Positions 15,868 through 25,579 are shown, counted from the first letter of the stretch. The stretch: 64,000 bases of DNA from Actinomycetota bacterium (GCA_004563715.1 SIRX01000021.1:1580-65579); one strand, 5' to 3'. The notes: generated by a model from the letters alone, not told the origin. Program-made: numbers and translations.

Positions 15868-16988
15868 GCCCGCGCCTCACTCCGGTGCGGCAGGCGCTTG
15901 AGCTCGGAGACCAGGCGCCGGCACTCCTCCGAGCGGCGCACGGAGACCCTCACGTACTCCGGCAGCCCGAACGAGGCGCAGTCCCGCACCTGCAAGCCCT
16001 TCTCCAACAGCGCCCGGCGCAGTTTCGCGGCATCCCCCACCTCCGCGAGCAGAAAGTTGGCCGCGCCCGGCGGCCCGGGGTAGCTGAGCCCGTCCAGCTC
16101 CCGGCGCAGAAAGGCCGCCTGCCGGGCCATCCGGCGGCGGCAGAGCTCCAGGTGGCGCGCGGCGGGCTCCGAGAGCGCGGCGAGCCCCGCCGCCTGGGCC
16201 GGGGCCCCGACGTTCCACGGCGGCGCGGCCACCCGCAGGGCGCGCACGACCGCTGTGGCGGCCAGCACGTACCCGAGGCGCAGGCCGGCGATGGCGTGGT
16301 CTTTGGTCATGGAGCGCAGCAGGGCCAGGCCCCCGGTGGCCAGCAGGTCCACCAGGCCGTCTGGCTCCTCCCACAACATCAGATCCCGGTAGGCTTCGTC
16401 TACCACGAGCAGGCCGCCCGCGGCGGAAACGCCCTCCAGCAACCTCTCGGCGGCGGGACGGCGCAGGTAATCCCCGGTCGGGTTGTTCGGGTTGCAGAGC
16501 CAGACGACCCGCGGCCTCTCCCGCGCCACGGTCTCCAACAACCCTTCCAGCGCCAAGGATACCCGGCCACGCGAGACGGCCCTGCCGAAAAAGAGCGTCC
16601 GGGCTCCACACAGGCGGCTGGCGCGCTCGTACTCGCCGAAGGTGGGCCCCACGATGAGGGCGGTGGCGGAGGGCGCGAGGTAGGCGCGGGCGAGGTGGTC
16701 GATCAGCTCGGCCGACCCGTTACCAAGGGCGACGCAGGAGGTGTCTACTCCCTCGCGCCCGGCGATCGCCTCCCGCAACGCGTGGCTCTCCCGGTCCGGA
16801 TAGCGGGCGATGTCCGCCGCCCGGACGGCCTTCTCTACCACCGTGGCCGGCCCGTACGGGTTGATGCTGGAGCTGAAGTCGATCACGGTCTCCGGCGCGA
16901 GGCCGAGACCGGCGAGCTCCGCGTGGTCGAAGGCACCGTGCGCCACGGGCTCCAACCGGTCGAACGGCGGGTTGGGCCGCGCGGACAT
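15864..16988 (-). CDS. cobD: Threonine-phosphate decarboxylase (CobD/CobC-type class I/II aminotransferase fold)
   Basis: Contains DFSSSINPYGP, YPD, NPNNPTG and RSMTKDHAIAGLRLGY. It lies between cbiB and cobU. Confidence 0.75.
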   Translation of the reverse strand: MSARPNPPFDRLEPVAHGAFDHAELAGLGLAPETVIDFSSSINPYGPATVVEKAVRAADIARYPDRESHALREAIAGREGVDTSCVALGNGSAELIDHLARAYLAPSATALIVGPTFGEYERASRLCGARTLFFGRAVSRGRVSLALEGLLETVARERPRVVWLCNPNNPTGDYLRRPAAERLLEGVSAAGGLLVVDEAYRDLMLWEEPDGLVDLLATGGLALLRSMTKDHAIAGLRLGYVLAATAVVRALRVAAPPWNVGAPAQAAGLAALSEPAARHLELCRRRMARQAAFLRRELDGLSYPGPPGAANFLLAEVGDAAKLRRALLEKGLQVRDCASFGLPEYVRVSVRRSEECRRLVSELKRLPHRSEARA

Positions 16989-17926
16989 TAGCCCCGTACC
17001 CCGGCCGGGGAGCGCCCGCGCAGCACCGTCGCCGCCAGTGCTCCCGCCGCGCAGAGGGCGGCGGCCCGGCGTCCCAGGCGCAGGGCGCTATGTATGTCCT
17101 CCGGTCCGGGGTCTCGGGCGCCGCGGTTTACGTCGTAGTATCCGGCCTTGCCCAGGACAACGTCCAGCGCCCCGGCGGCGGCGGAAATGGTCCAGCCCGC
17201 GTTCGGGCTCTGCGTGAGCCGGTAGTCCCGGACCATCGTCCGCAACGCCCGGCCCGCGCCCGAACCGGATGCCGCCGCGAGCGCCAGGGCCGTCAGGCGG
17301 GCCGGGACGAAGTTGAGAGCGTCGTCCAGCCGGGCGGAGGCTTTGCCGAGGTACTCGTAACGACCCCGGTAACCGAGCATCGAGTCCGCGGTGTTGGCGG
17401 CCCGGTAGAAGACCGCCGCCGGCAGCCCGCCGAGCGCGTAGTACATCAACGGCGCCACGAAGCCGTCCCCCAGGTTCTCCGCCAGGGACTCTATGGCGGC
17501 CGCCGCCACCCCGGGTTCTTCGAGGCCCGCCCGGTCGCGGCTGACGAGGGCCCGCAGCGCCTCCCGGGCGGCGGGGAGGTCTCCAACGGCGAGCGGCGCG
17601 GCCACCGAACGGCCGGCCTCTTCGAGAGCCCGGTGCGCGAAACAGGTCTTGAGCAGCCAGGCCTCCGCCGCCAAGCGCAGCGGCCCCGGCCGGATGCCTT
17701 CCAGAGCTTCCAGGGCTGCCCGGGCCACCAGCGCCGGGAAGAGCGTAACGCCGAGGGCGGTCGCCGCCCCGTACGCCAGCTCCCGGCGAGGCCCCTCCGG
17801 GGCGTGGCGCTCCAGGACGGAGATCAGGGCCCCGATACCCACCACGGGGTGCGCCCGCGCGGGCGGCTCGCCGAAGCACCGGTCCAACACCAGCGCCAGC
17901 AACAGGGCTACCGGCCGCGGCCTCAC
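16988..17926 (-). CDS. cbiB: Adenosylcobinamide-phosphate synthase
   Basis: N-terminus LLLALVLDRCFGEPP..HPVVGIG, typical of CbiB/CobD membrane proteins. The GTG start overlaps the cobT stop. Confidence 0.88.
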   Translation of the reverse strand: MRPRPVALLLALVLDRCFGEPPARAHPVVGIGALISVLERHAPEGPRRELAYGAATALGVTLFPALVARAALEALEGIRPGPLRLAAEAWLLKTCFAHRALEEAGRSVAAPLAVGDLPAAREALRALVSRDRAGLEEPGVAAAAIESLAENLGDGFVAPLMYYALGGLPAAVFYRAANTADSMLGYRGRYEYLGKASARLDDALNFVPARLTALALAAASGSGAGRALRTMVRDYRLTQSPNAGWTISAAAGALDVVLGKAGYYDVNRGARDPGPEDIHSALRLGRRAAALCAAGALAATVLRGRSPAGVRG

Positions 17927-19002
17927 CCGGCTGCCTCTCCGCCGCCGAGCCCCGCCTCCTCGAAGGTCGCCATCTCCCCGAGAACCCGCGCGGCGGCGCG
18001 AACGAGCGGCACGGCGAGCAGGCCGCCGGTCCCCTCCCCGAGCCGCATCTCCAGGTCGAGCAGGGGTTCCAGGCCGAGCTGCTCCAGGGCTATCCGGGCG
18101 CCGGGCTCGGCGGAGCGGTGGCCGGCTACCAGGTATCCGGCGACGCCCGGCGCGAGCGCCACAGCGGCGAGCGCCGCCGCGTCGGAGACCACGCCGTCGA
18201 GCACCACCGGCACGCCGCAGACGGCGCCCATGAGAACCACGCCCACGAGCGACGCGTGCTCGAGCCCACCAACCGCCGCCAGGACGCCCAGAGGGTCTCC
18301 GGGGTCTGGACGGTGGAGCTCTAGGGCCCCGGAGACGACCCCGGCCTTCAGCTCCAGCGTCGCGTCGTCTACGCCGGTGCCACGGCCCGTCACCTCCCGG
18401 GCGGGCCGCCCGGTAAAGGCGGCGACGAGGCAGGCCGCCGGGGTGGTGTTCCCGATGCCCATATCCCCCGTTACCAGGAGGTCCACCCCGCCGCTCTCGA
18501 TCAACTCCTCCGCGAGGCCTGCGCCGGCCGCCACGGCGCGCGCGGCGTCCTCCCGGCTCATCGCCAGCCCCCGGCTCAGGTCATCCGTCCCCGCCCTCAC
18601 CCGCGCCCGGCGCAGGAGCGGGTGGTCCCGGAGGCCGGCCGCCACCCCGACGTCCAGCACGCTCACCCGCGCCCCCACCTCCCGAGCGATGGCGTTCACG
18701 GCCGCGCCCCCGGCGCAGAAATTATCCACCATCGCCGCGGTGACCCCTCGCGGCCAGGGGGAGACGCCCCGCTCGAGCACCCCGTGGTCCCCCGCCGCAA
18801 CGACGACCGCCGGGCTCTCGGCGACCGGCGGCGGCACCGCGCCGGAGATGCCAGCTAGCCGCACCCCCAGCTCCTCCAGCCGGCCCAGGCTGCCCGGGGG
18901 TTTAACGAGCGCGAGGTGCCGGGCCCGCGCCACCTCCATCGCACCGGCGTCAGCCGACTCTAACTCCCCCGCCAGCTCCCGTACCCGGTCCTCCACGGCC
19001 AC
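17923..19002 (-). CDS. cobT: Nicotinate-nucleotide--dimethylbenzimidazole phosphoribosyltransferase
   Basis: Contains KPPGSLGRLEEL, GDMGIGNTT and MRLGEGTGG. Confidence 0.9.
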   Translation of the reverse strand: MAVEDRVRELAGELESADAGAMEVARARHLALVKPPGSLGRLEELGVRLAGISGAVPPPVAESPAVVVAAGDHGVLERGVSPWPRGVTAAMVDNFCAGGAAVNAIAREVGARVSVLDVGVAAGLRDHPLLRRARVRAGTDDLSRGLAMSREDAARAVAAGAGLAEELIESGGVDLLVTGDMGIGNTTPAACLVAAFTGRPAREVTGRGTGVDDATLELKAGVVSGALELHRPDPGDPLGVLAAVGGLEHASLVGVVLMGAVCGVPVVLDGVVSDAAALAAVALAPGVAGYLVAGHRSAEPGARIALEQLGLEPLLDLEMRLGEGTGGLLAVPLVRAAARVLGEMATFEEAGLGGGEAAG

Positions 19003-19010
19003 GCCGCCGC

Positions 19011-19955
19011 CTAGTGGTGATGGTGGCCGTGGTGGTGACCATGGTGTCCCGGTTCGTCGGGGTGGTAGTGGGGGGTGGCGGGCGCGCCGACCTTCTCCTC
19101 AAAGCCCGGTAGGGCGACCCGGTGGACACAGACGTCGCAGTTCATCCTTATGTCCCCGTCCGTGGCCTCGGCGTAGCGCTCCATCAGGAGGTCTGCTACC
19201 CGCTCGTGCGCCCCGAAGTAGCCCGCGTAGCGCACTTCGAAGCCTGGGTTCTCGGCAGCGTAAACCTCGCTCTGGCGCCGGATGCGCTCCTCCAGCACGC
19301 CGGTGAACAGGAAGTAGGAGAAGACCACGACGCGCCGCGCCCCGAGCCTGCGGCACCGCTCCAGCCCCTCGGCCACGTCCGGTGGCGTCATGCTCACGTA
19401 GGCGCCCTCGACCAGCGGGTAGGGTCGCCCCTCCCAAAAGAGGCGGGCCACCTTCGAGAGGTCCGAGTTGGCGTCCGGATCCGAGGAGCCGCGTCCGACG
19501 ACGAGCACCGCCGTGTCGGCCTTTTCCTCCTCGGCGACTACGGCGGAGACGCGCTCGTCCATGAGCTGCAACAGCTCCGGCCGGATGCCCAGAGACCGGC
19601 CGTACCGGAAGCTGAGGTCCGGGTGGCTTATCTTCTCCCGGACGAGCGTCGCCGGGATGTCGTCCTTGGCGTGCCCGGCGGAAAGGAGCATCAGCGGGAC
19701 CGCGGAGATCAGGCTACCGCCACGTTCCGTCAGCCGGGATACGCACTCGGAGATGGGGGGCCGCGACAGCTCGATAAACCCACCCTCCACCGGGAGCCCC
19801 GGGTTGCGCCGCCGGACGAGCCCGACCAGCTCCTCGAACTCCCGGACGCCCCGGTGGTTCCGGGTGCCGTGGCCCACTATGAGGAGCGCCGGACGACCGT
19901 GGGCTTCGCCGTTCTTTTTTTCGGTAACGCTTACCGGGTTCCGCCTGTCAGACAT
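19011..19955 (-). CDS. cbiX: Sirohydrochlorin cobaltochelatase, long CbiX form with a poly-His tail
   Basis: Contains LLIVGHGTRN.. and a second half-domain LVVGRGSSDPDAN. The C-terminus is HYHPDEPGHHGHHHGHHHH. The start was trimmed to ATG 19955 (TGATG junction with cobH). The track ORF is over-extended to 20177. Confidence 0.85.
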   Translation of the reverse strand: MSDRRNPVSVTEKKNGEAHGRPALLIVGHGTRNHRGVREFEELVGLVRRRNPGLPVEGGFIELSRPPISECVSRLTERGGSLISAVPLMLLSAGHAKDDIPATLVREKISHPDLSFRYGRSLGIRPELLQLMDERVSAVVAEEEKADTAVLVVGRGSSDPDANSDLSKVARLFWEGRPYPLVEGAYVSMTPPDVAEGLERCRRLGARRVVVFSYFLFTGVLEERIRRQSEVYAAENPGFEVRYAGYFGAHERVADLLMERYAEATDGDIRMNCDVCVHRVALPGFEEKVGAPATPHYHPDEPGHHGHHHGHHHH

Positions 19956-20539
19956 CAGTCCTCCTCGTAGTAGATGAGCGCGTTCAGGGCCGCCGCCGCG
20001 ACCGCCGAGCCGCCTTTCGGCCCGCGGTTCGCCACCGCCGGCAGCCCGCTCTCCAGCAACGCCGCCTTGGATTCCGCAGCCCCGACGAAGCCGACCGGGA
20101 GCCCGACGACGAGCTCCGGCCGCACGTCCGACTCCAGAAGCTCGAAGAGCGCCGTCGGGGCGTTGCCTACAACCCACACCGCGCCACCACCCGCCTCCTC
20201 CGCCGCGAGCCGGAACCCCGCCGCCGAGCGGGTGATGCCGCGCTCATCCGCGAGCTTTCTGGCCCGGGGTTCAGAGACGAGACACAGGACCTCGCGGGCG
20301 GTGATCCCGGCAGCCACCATCCCGACGTCGGCCACGACCGGCGCGCCCCGGCGCAGGGCTTCCAGACCCCCCAGCAGGGCTTCTTCGTCGCAGACCAGGG
20401 TCTCCGCGTACTCCGGGTCGGCGGAGGCGTGGATCACGCGCTCCACCACGGCGCGGGAGAGCGGCCCGAAGCGCGAGAGGTCCACCAGCCCGCGCAGGAT
20501 GCGGTAGCTCTCGGTCTCTATGGGGTGTACGCGCCTCAA
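19955..20539 (-). CDS. cobH: Precorrin-8X / cobalt-precorrin-8 methylmutase
   Basis: Contains HPIETESYRIL, VIHASADPEYA, VGNAPTAL and GFVGAAESK. The start is assigned to TTG 20539, behind GGAGGAGG and overlapping the ferredoxin stop (TTGA). Confidence 0.85.
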   Translation of the reverse strand: MRRVHPIETESYRILRGLVDLSRFGPLSRAVVERVIHASADPEYAETLVCDEEALLGGLEALRRGAPVVADVGMVAAGITAREVLCLVSEPRARKLADERGITRSAAGFRLAAEEAGGGAVWVVGNAPTALFELLESDVRPELVVGLPVGFVGAAESKAALLESGLPAVANRGPKGGSAVAAAALNALIYYEED

Positions 20540-20745
20540 CGATCCTCCTCCGTCCTCACGACCTCGACGCACGCGGCGACCGGGCAGACCTCGGCGCACT
20601 CGGCGCAGGCGGTGCAGCGGTCTTCGAGCACCAGCAGGGGCGAGGGGTAGCCTCTGGGGGCGGGATGTATCGCCTTCTCCGGGCAGGTTCGGATGCAGGC
20701 GCCGCAACCCGCGCAGAGGTCGGTGACGGCGAAGACCCGGTTCAC
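20536..20745 (-). CDS. Small 2x[4Fe-4S]-type ferredoxin (69 aa) embedded in the cob operon
   Basis: Sequence is VNRVFAVTDLCAGCGACIRTCPEKAI...EDRCTACAECAEVCPVAAC, giving two CxxCxxCxxxCP motifs. It is hidden inside the spurious track ORF 20536-21054. GTG 20745 overlaps the cbiGH stop (GTGA). Confidence 0.7.
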   Translation of the reverse strand: MNRVFAVTDLCAGCGACIRTCPEKAIHPAPRGYPSPLLVLEDRCTACAECAEVCPVAACVEVVRTEEDR

Positions 20746-22427
20746 GAAAGGTACCCCCGGGGCGTCACCATGCGGTCCGCCAGAATCCGGGTCTGCGAGC
20801 TGCCTACGATCACGACGGTCAGCATGTCCACGTCCTCGGGCCGGAGAGAGGAGAGGGCCGTGATCTCCACCCGCTGCTCCAGGCGGTAGGCGTCCCGGAC
20901 TACCCCCACCGGGGTGTCCGGCGGCCGGTGCCCCAGCAGGATCTCCTTCGCCTTCCCGAGCTGCCAGTCGCGCCCCCTGGAGCGCGGATTGTACAGTGCG
21001 ACCACGAAGTCGCCCGCAGCGGCGGCCTCCAGGCGGGCCCGGATCACCTCCCACGGCGTGAGCAGGTCCGAGAGGCTTACCGAACAGTGGTCGTGTCCCA
21101 GCGGGGACCCAAGCAACGCGGCCGCCGCCTGGGCCGCTGTGACCCCGGGGACGACGGTCACGTCGACTTCCTCGCCCGCAAGCTCCAGCGCTGGGGAAGC
21201 CATCGCGTACACCCCGACGTCTCCGCTGCTAACCAGCGCGACGCTGCCTCCGGCGCGGGCCTCCCCCAGCGCCCGCCACGCCCGCTCCACCTCGTCCCCG
21301 AGCGGCAGCTCCAGAACCCGCGTGCCGGGCCACAACAGGTGCCGCACCCGCTCCACGTACTGTTCCAGGCCGACCACGAGCTCCGCGGCGGTCAGGGCCT
21401 CGCGGGCGAGCGGGGAGATAAGGGCCTCGTCCCCCGGACCGAGGCTCACCAGCGAGAGCCGTCCTCGGGCGGGCAACCGCCCGATAGCGACCGTTGCCAT
21501 CCCGGACTTCCGCTTCTCCAGCAGAAGGTCCGCGCCGGCACGGAGCACCGAGGCCTCAGCCACGCTCGGGGTGCCGACAGCACCCTCGACCACGGCCGAC
21601 GGGTTCGGGACCTCGACGCCCGCCAGCTCCACGGCCGGGTAGAAGCGGACCGGCACGCCCAGCCTTCCGGCAGCCTCCAGCAACCCTTCCTCGTCCGACT
21701 TCGCCTCCACGCTGGCCAGGAGGGCCACGCTCTTTTTCGAAAGCCCGGCTTCTTCCAGGGAGCGTCCGAGAAGAGACAGTATCTCGTCCGCCCCAACTCC
21801 CCGGCTGCAACCTACGCCCGCCACGAGCGACGGCGGCCGGTACACCACCGCGGGACGCGGCGCCTCTACCAGCCGGTCCGTAACCAGAACGAGGGGCGGG
21901 ACGGGCTCTTCGGAGCGCACGAGGTTCCCCGGCAAGGGTCCGAGCGGCCAGCGTACCTCGGAGAGGAAGTTGATCTTCTCACCCGACACGAGCGCCACCC
22001 CCACCTCCGCTAGATCGGAGCCCTCCTCCACCCTGAACCCGATCTCCTTGCCGAGCGAATCCAGCGCGGGGAAGCCCAGGGCGTCGCTCGCCGTGGTGAT
22101 GACCGGCTCGGCCCCGAGCGCGCCGGCGACGCGGAGGGCCAGACCGTTGGCGCCGCCCCCGTGCCCCCCGGCGAGCGCGACGGCGAACCGCCCGGCGTCG
22201 TCCACGCAGACCACGCCCGGGTCCCGGCGCTTGTCCTCCAGCAGCGGGGCCACGAGCCGCACGGCGGCCCCAGCCGCCAGGAAAGCCACGATCCCGTCGC
22301 ACTCCTCCCACGCCCGGGTAAGGGACAGCTTCGGGGAGCCCTCGTAGAAACGGGCCTCGGGCCACACCTCCGCGAGGTGCGCGGCCCGCCGGCGGCCGTT
22401 GGCGGTCGCCGCCACGAGCCCGATCAC
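20742..22427 (-). CDS. cbiGH: Fusion of CbiG (cobalt-precorrin-5A hydrolase-like) with a CbiH/CobJ precorrin-3 C17-methyltransferase
   Basis: The N-terminal half is CbiG-like (GIVAFLAAGAAVRLVAP.., VGCSRG). The C-terminal half is a TP-methylase (LSLVSLGPGDEALISPLA.., GDVGVYAM). The GTG 22427 start overlaps the cobL stop. Confidence 0.85.
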   Translation of the reverse strand: MIGLVAATANGRRRAAHLAEVWPEARFYEGSPKLSLTRAWEECDGIVAFLAAGAAVRLVAPLLEDKRRDPGVVCVDDAGRFAVALAGGHGGGANGLALRVAGALGAEPVITTASDALGFPALDSLGKEIGFRVEEGSDLAEVGVALVSGEKINFLSEVRWPLGPLPGNLVRSEEPVPPLVLVTDRLVEAPRPAVVYRPPSLVAGVGCSRGVGADEILSLLGRSLEEAGLSKKSVALLASVEAKSDEEGLLEAAGRLGVPVRFYPAVELAGVEVPNPSAVVEGAVGTPSVAEASVLRAGADLLLEKRKSGMATVAIGRLPARGRLSLVSLGPGDEALISPLAREALTAAELVVGLEQYVERVRHLLWPGTRVLELPLGDEVERAWRALGEARAGGSVALVSSGDVGVYAMASPALELAGEEVDVTVVPGVTAAQAAAALLGSPLGHDHCSVSLSDLLTPWEVIRARLEAAAAGDFVVALYNPRSRGRDWQLGKAKEILLGHRPPDTPVGVVRDAYRLEQRVEITALSSLRPEDVDMLTVVIVGSSQTRILADRMVTPRGYLS

Positions 22428-23635
22428 GGCCTGCTCCCGGCGACGACAAAGACCGGCGTCTCGGGGACGAGCCGGTGCCACGAGCCCAAGCCCTCTACCC
22501 GCGAGGTTTGCAGAAGGGTCGTCTCTACCTCCAGGCCGCGGCTTTCGAGGACTTTCCCCGCCGGGACGACCCGTTCCAGCGTGACCAGGGTGAGCACAAC
22601 GGTCCGGCGCGTCCGGTCCGCCGCGTGCTGTATGGTCTTCTCGAAGCCTCCCCCAGTGCCCCCGATAAACACGGCGTCGGGCTCCGGGAGCGCACCCAGC
22701 GCCCCGGGCGCCTCGCCCCCGGCGACTTCGACGTAGACCCCGTGGCGGAAAGCGTTGCGCCGGATGCGGGCGCAGCTACCGGGATCCCGCTCCACGGCGA
22801 CAGCGGCGGCGCCGTGCAGGGCGCACTCTATGGCGACGGACCCACTCCCCGCGCCCACGTCCCAGATCAGGTCCCCCGGTGCGGGACCGAGCCGGGCGAG
22901 CACCTGGGCGCGGACCTCGGGCCTGGTGATCATGGCCGACCGATGCTCGAAATTGGCTACCGGCAGCGCCCACCCGCCCGGTTTCCGGTGGAAGCCGGAG
23001 ATCCAGCTCTTCTCCCCCACCGAACGCTTCTCGTCCAACACCAATACCACGTTCGGGTCTTTCCACTCCCGCTCCGCGACCGCCGCCGCGTCACCCCGGA
23101 AGAACCCCTCGTCCGGCGCCCCGAGCCGCTCGACGACCACGAACGCGCGTTCCGACGTCCCCAACTCGCGGGCCAGGTCGGCGGGACCGTAGCGCGGGGC
23201 GGTGAGCACGGCCACCTTCGGGTGCACCCGGCAGACGTTTGCGGCGCGGCGCGGCGAACGCCCGTCGCGGCCGTGGGCGCTGACGACGACGGCGTCCTCC
23301 CACGGCAGGCCGGCGCGGGCGAAGGCCCGGGCGACGGACGAAACGGCGGGCAGGACGCGCAGCTCCTCCGGCCCGAACCGCTCCGCCAGCACGCGCACGA
23401 TGCCGAAGAACCCCGGGTCGCCGGAGGCCAGCACCGCCACGGGGCCGTCCGAACCCTCTATCCACCTCATCGCTTCCGAGAGGTCTCCCACCAGGGGCAC
23501 GGCGCGTCCGGCCTCTACTCCGAGCTCCTCCAGGTGGCGTCTGCCGCCGACGACCAGGCCGGCGGCCTCGATGTAGGCACGTACCCCTCGGTCCGGCGAC
23601 CGTCCGTCGAACCCTATGATGGTAATTCGGCTCAG
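22424..23635 (-). CDS. cobL: Precorrin-6Y C5,15-methyltransferase (decarboxylating), CbiE+CbiT fusion
   Basis: The CbiE part has ITIIGFDG..VVGGRRHL..LASGDPGFFG. The CbiT part has DVGAGSGSVAIE. The track ORF is over-extended. The only in-frame start candidate at the cbiD stop is CTG 23635 (CTGA); ATT/ATC codons lie a few codons downstream. Confidence 0.78.
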   Translation of the reverse strand: MSRITIIGFDGRSPDRGVRAYIEAAGLVVGGRRHLEELGVEAGRAVPLVGDLSEAMRWIEGSDGPVAVLASGDPGFFGIVRVLAERFGPEELRVLPAVSSVARAFARAGLPWEDAVVVSAHGRDGRSPRRAANVCRVHPKVAVLTAPRYGPADLARELGTSERAFVVVERLGAPDEGFFRGDAAAVAEREWKDPNVVLVLDEKRSVGEKSWISGFHRKPGGWALPVANFEHRSAMITRPEVRAQVLARLGPAPGDLIWDVGAGSGSVAIECALHGAAAVAVERDPGSCARIRRNAFRHGVYVEVAGGEAPGALGALPEPDAVFIGGTGGGFEKTIQHAADRTRRTVVLTLVTLERVVPAGKVLESRGLEVETTLLQTSRVEGLGSWHRLVPETPVFVVAGSRP

Positions 23636-24801
23636 GCCGCGCTCCAGGTCGTGTGCTCCAGGGCGCCGGGGCTCGCGCCCGCCGGGTCCAGGGTGTCGAA
23701 GTCCACCAGGATAACGTGGATCTCCAGCTTTTCTTCCGCGAAGGTCGCCAGGTTCCGCGCCGCCAGCGCGCACAGCCGGTCTGAAGCTTCTGCCAGGCCC
23801 GCCGCCCGCCACAGCTCGTAGGCATGCCGGGCGGTATTGGCGCCCCCTATCTCCTCGACCAGCTCCGGCGTACCTCCGGCCTCTTGGGTGACCCCGGCCA
23901 GCAACTCGTTGTTGACCTTGGAGCGCGTCCAGTGGGTCATCATCACGCCGTCGGCGAGCTTGGAGATCTTGCCCACCATCCCGACGAAGAAGCCCCGCCG
24001 CAGCCCGTTCTCCACGGCCCGTTTGACGGCCTGTCCGGTGAAGTCCCCAACCTCGATAAAACATACCTCCTCAAGGTCCGGTAACAGGCGCATGGCAGCC
24101 TTCTCAGTGAGACCTCCGGTCGAGAGAACGAACGTATCGATGTTCTGCGCCCCCATAACGTCTATCGCCTGTACCACGCTCGCGGCCCACGCAGCGGTAG
24201 AGAAGGGCCGGACGATGCCGGTGGTCCCTAGAATGGAGATACCGCCGACGATGCCGAGCCGGGCGTTGGTGGTCTTCTCGGCCATCACCTCGCCGCCAGG
24301 CACGCTGATAACCACTCGTACGCCGCGATCTTTGGGCTCGAGGACTTCCTTCACCGAGTAGGAGACCATGCGCCGCGGCACCGGGTTTATTGCCGGTCCG
24401 CCGACCGGCAGCCCGAGGCCGGGCTTCGTCACCAGCCCGACGCCCGGCCCCCGGTCGAGTTCCAGGCCCGGCTCCTCCTTCCACGCGACGCGGGCGGTGA
24501 GGTGGGCGCCGTCGGTCACGTCCGGGTCGTCGCCGGCGTCCTTGACTACCACCGCCTCGGCCCACCCCTCGCCTCTCTCGCAGCGCTCGACCTCGAACTC
24601 CACGCGGCGTTCGGCGCCCTTTCTGGGCAGCTTCACGTCGATCCGGGTCTGTGGTACGCCGGTAAGCAGGGTAATGGCGGCCGCCTTCGCGGCTGCTGCG
24701 GCGCAGGTGCCGGTCGTCCAGCCGGTTCGGAGCTTCTCGTCCCGGGCCCGCGCCATGCTCGGGGGCATGGAAGGCTCCCGTATCCTGGGACTACGGGGCA
24801 T
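23632..24801 (-). CDS. cbiD: Cobalt-precorrin-5B (C1)-methyltransferase
   Basis: Contains LRTGWTTGTCAAAAAKAA, ARLGIVGGISILGTTGIVRPFS. ATG 24801 is preceded by GGGGGGAA. Alternative ATG codons are at 24768 and 24756. Confidence 0.85.
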   Translation of the reverse strand: MPRSPRIREPSMPPSMARARDEKLRTGWTTGTCAAAAAKAAAITLLTGVPQTRIDVKLPRKGAERRVEFEVERCERGEGWAEAVVVKDAGDDPDVTDGAHLTARVAWKEEPGLELDRGPGVGLVTKPGLGLPVGGPAINPVPRRMVSYSVKEVLEPKDRGVRVVISVPGGEVMAEKTTNARLGIVGGISILGTTGIVRPFSTAAWAASVVQAIDVMGAQNIDTFVLSTGGLTEKAAMRLLPDLEEVCFIEVGDFTGQAVKRAVENGLRRGFFVGMVGKISKLADGVMMTHWTRSKVNNELLAGVTQEAGGTPELVEEIGGANTARHAYELWRAAGLAEASDRLCALAARNLATFAEEKLEIHVILVDFDTLDPAGASPGALEHTTWSAA

Positions 24802-25579
24802 CGTTTCCCCCCGTGGGCGCGGGACGGGCCTTGCGGAACATGTGCGAGAACCCCGGGCTGTAGAGGTGGGAGCGCGTGCCGCCGGCCGCGAGCCCCGGCC
24901 CCACCAAGATCAGCGCCTGGCGCGTAAAGCCTGCCTCCCGGATGCGGGCGGCGAGATTTTGTAGGCGGCACTCTATTACCTGCTCGTCCGGCCAGCTCGC
25001 CCGGTAGACCACGGCGCACGGCGTATCGGGGGCGTATCCACCTCCGAGCAACTCCTCCTGTAGCGCACGGGGGCGGGCGGCGGAGAGAAAGATCGCCATC
25101 GTCGTGCCGTGGGCCGCGAAGCCCCGGATGTCCTCGCCCTCCGGCATCGGGGTCCGGCTCGCGCGGCGGGTCAGAATCACGGACTGGGAGACCTCGGGGA
25201 CGGTCAATTCCCGGCCGATGGCCGCCGCCGCCGCGCCCAGGGACGAGACGCCGGGCACGATCTCCCACGGAAGCCCGATCTCCTCGCAGAGCTCTACCTG
25301 CTCCATGACGGCTCCGTAGATGCCCGGGTCGCCGGAGTGGATGCGGGCCACTTTCAGGCCCTCGGCCGCGGCCCGCTCGTACAGGCCGCGCACCCCTTCG
25401 AGCGGAACGGTCGTGGACTCGAAGATCTCGGCCCCGGCAGAAGCGTGTTCGAGGACGCCTTTCTGCACGAGGCTGCGGGCCCAGATTACCACGTCCGCCT
25501 CGCCGATAAGCCTCGCCCCCCGGAGGGTCAGCAGGTCCGGGTCGCCAGGCCCCGCCCCGATAAACCATACCTTACCCAA
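24791..25579 (-). CDS. cobM: Precorrin-4 / cobalt-precorrin-4 C11-methyltransferase
   Basis: Contains VWFIGAGPGDPDLLTLRG and IHSGDPGIYGA. The start is assigned to TTG 25579, behind GGGAGGAAAGAGG. The track ORF is over-extended to 25750. Confidence 0.85.
   Translation of the reverse strand: MGKVWFIGAGPGDPDLLTLRGARLIGEADVVIWARSLVQKGVLEHASAGAEIFESTTVPLEGVRGLYERAAAEGLKVARIHSGDPGIYGAVMEQVELCEEIGLPWEIVPGVSSLGAAAAAIGRELTVPEVSQSVILTRRASRTPMPEGEDIRGFAAHGTTMAIFLSAARPRALQEELLGGGYAPDTPCAVVYRASWPDEQVIECRLQNLAARIREAGFTRQALILVGPGLAAGGTRSHLYSPGFSHMFRKARPAPTGGNDAP

Noticed and set aside
15864-16988. The HisC-like aminotransferase-fold gene as the missing hisC
   Set aside because: It is located between cbiB and cobU. 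Its motifs (DFSSSINPYGP, SMTK..AIAGLRLGY) fit the CobD/CobC threonine-phosphate decarboxylase subgroup. Dual function cannot be excluded without an assay.
17090-19306. 738-aa plus-strand ORF antisense to cbiB, cobT and cbiX
   Set aside because: It is a Ser/Pro/Arg/Ala-rich shadow ORF opposite three genes with strong family motifs. The same reasoning applies to 54482-56473 (-) and 54790-56868 (+) over the PBP gene, 59631-61013 (+) over hisD and hisG, 8884-10398 (+), 22475-23821 (+), 28914-30194 (+), 32099-33289 (+), 34288-35868 (+), 41927-43540 (+), 47127-48443 (+) and 50605-52056 upstream of its ferredoxin tail.
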